From contig CAWHDZ010000030.1 in assembly GCA_963828255.1 (NCBI GenBank), positions 18,674 to 82,673 on the forward strand: 64,000 bases of DNA, in the 5' to 3' direction. The notes beneath the pieces were generated by a model. That model did no database searches and was not told the DNA's origin. It was given only the letters and a program-made list of their open reading frames with translations. Of this stretch, positions 62,812-64,000 are shown piece after piece (positions within the stretch are counted from its first letter, which is position 1; the number at the start of each line of letters is the position of its first letter). This stretch comes from an uncultured delta proteobacterium. GTDB lineage: Bacteria > Myxococcota > Myxococcia > Myxococcales > Anaeromyxobacteraceae. The position numbers were made by a program, and so were the translations under genes.

Positions 62812-62848
62812 GCGCATTTCCGGGCCTCTCTCGCCGCCCGGATCTTCC

Positions 62849-62877
62849 TTGACAACCCCGGACCCGATCCGTAGCCT
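62849..62877 (+). promoter_or_regulatory. possible sigma-70-type promoter for nuoEF
   Basis: Perfect TTGACA, then N17, then TAGCCT, about 35 nt upstream of the nuoE ATG. Confidence 0.45.
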
Positions 62878-62910
62878 GCGAAGACTTTTTTCGAGGCATC
62901 TCCGACCTTT

Positions 62911-63444
62911 ATGGCCCATCACGACGAGTCGTCCGCGGAGAGCGGACCGCAGGCCATCGCCGACCTGCCCAGGGACAAGGTTGCCCGGTTCGACGCCGCG
63001 CTGCCCGAGATCCTGAAGCGCTATCCTCCCGACCACCAGGAAGCGGCGATGCTCGCAGCCCTGCGCCGCGCGCAGGAGATCTTCGGCTGGCTCTCCCCGG
63101 GGGCCCAGAAGCTCGTGGCCGACCGCCTGGGGGCTGCGGTCACCCGCGCGGAGGAGGTCGCCACCTTCTACGTGATGTACCACACGCGTCCGGTGGGCCG
63201 GCACGTGGTGGAGGTCTGCACCAACGTCTCCTGCTCGCTGGGCGGCGGCTACGACCTCTTCGAGGATCTGAAGAAGAAGCTCGGCGTCGACAACGGCGAG
63301 ACCACCAAGGACGGGCGGATCACGCTGCGCCAGGTCGAGTGCCTGGGCTCCTGCGGCACCGCGCCGGTCATCCTGGTCGACGAGGAGATGCACGAGAGCC
63401 TCACCCCGCAGTCGGTCGAGCGGATCCTGGGAGCCCTCCAGTGA
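62911..63444 (+). CDS. nuoE: NADH-quinone oxidoreductase subunit E
   Basis: 2Fe-2S ligand pattern (EVCTNVSC…[11 protein letters not shown]). 177 aa. Confidence 0.94.
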   Translation: MAHHDESSAESGPQAIADLPRDKVARFDAALPEILKRYPPDHQEAAMLAALRRAQEIFGWLSPGAQKLVADRLGAAVTRAEEVATFYVMYHTRPVGRHVVEVCTNVSCSLGGGYDLFEDLKKKLGVDNGETTKDGRITLRQVECLGSCGTAPVILVDEEMHESLTPQSVERILGALQ

Positions 63445-64000
63445 GCGACACCCTGATCCTCACGAAGCGCTGGCCCAAGAACGATCCGTCCCTGGCCGGC
63501 TACAGGGCCGACGGCGGCTACCGGAGCCTGGAGAAGGCGCTCGGGATGCCGCCCGCCGCCATCGTCGACGAGGTGAAGGCCTCCAACCTGCGCGGCCGAG
63601 GCGGCGCCGGATTCTCCACCGGCCTCAAGTGGACCTTCCTGCCCAAGGACGTCCGCCCCCGCTACCTCTGCATCAACGCCGACGAGTCGGAGCCCGGGAC
63701 CTTCAAGGACCGGTACATCTGCGAGTACGACCCGCACATGCTCCTCGAGGGCATCGCCATCACCTGCTTCGCCCTCGACATCCACCTGGCCTACATCTAC
63801 ATCCGCGGCGAGTTCGCCAAGCAGGCCCGCGCCCTCGAGACGTCCATCGAGGAGGCCTACGCGGCCGGGCTCCTCGGCCCGAAGCTGGGCGGGAAGGCCG
63901 ACTTCAAGCTCGACGTCCACGTGGTCCGCGGGGCCGGCGCCTACATCTGCGGCGAGGAGTCGGCCCTCATGGAATCCGTGGAGGGCAAGAAGGGCTATCC
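63441..64000 (+). CDS. nuoF: NADH-quinone oxidoreductase subunit F, 3' end outside window
   Basis: Not in the ORF track because it has no stop in the window. The GTG at 63441 overlaps the nuoE TGA. Translation gives …[18 protein letters not shown]…[14 protein letters not shown]…[16 protein letters not shown], which covers the FMN/NADH-site motifs. Confidence 0.93.
   Translation, partial: MSDTLILTKRWPKNDPSLAGYRADGGYRSLEKALGMPPAAIVDEVKASNLRGRGGAGFSTGLKWTFLPKDVRPRYLCINADESEPGTFKDRYICEYDPHMLLEGIAITCFALDIHLAYIYIRGEFAKQARALETSIEEAYAAGLLGPKLGGKADFKLDVHVVRGAGAYICGEESALMESVEGKKGY

Overview
A very GC-rich 64-kb chromosomal segment: well above 70% GC on spot counts, with strong GC3 bias and many Arg/Pro/Gly-rich shadow ORFs on both strands. 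It looks like a Myxococcota (Anaeromyxobacter-type) genome, but that is inference only because no search was run. I support about 60 genes, and many are joined by 4-nt ATGA/GTGA stop-start overlaps. Left to right: a MoxR / DUF58 / BatA-like cluster; nagZ; a complete liv branched-chain amino-acid ABC transporter; an MFS transporter; a glnB-ntrB-ntrC-glnA nitrogen cluster with a sigma-54 promoter in front of glnA. Next come a hydrolase and a MORN protein; a Nudix-MBL fusion with an M24 peptidase and pyruvate kinase; and a 3-methyladenine glycosylase coupled to a TetR / RND efflux operon. These are followed by rlmN; an ECF sigma / anti-sigma / DUF3106 / beta-barrel operon; Pit with a PhoU-like DUF47 protein; alaX; and Smr. 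The next block holds two divergent PAP2 phosphatases beside an S1/P1-nuclease-like protein with a barrel-like tail; an Upf1-like helicase, a YprB-like exonuclease and an MBL hydrolase; and a PilZ-REC protein. Then come a large Ig-repeat lipoprotein, a ceramidase-like protein and purF. A decaying accessory patch spans about 55.0-61.1 kb and holds vapBC, two small membrane-protein paralogues, gene fragments, an IS4/Tn5-like IS, an internally deleted GT2 and a YdjC/NaxD-like deacetylase. The window ends with a DUF155 protein, HU and nuoE/nuoF. I saw no rRNA, tRNA or CRISPR array. The least explained signals are: (1) an approximately 240-bp repeat with internal dyad symmetry whose three full copies each start at the stop codon of the preceding gene; (2) frame breaks at short G/C runs in a PAP2 gene and in the lipoprotein; (3) a fold-back inverted duplication of an HNH gene segment around the IS. 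I cannot show that any of these is a new biological system. The candidate modules are flagged as hypotheses. Coordinates of non-coding features were counted by hand and may be off by 1-2 nt.
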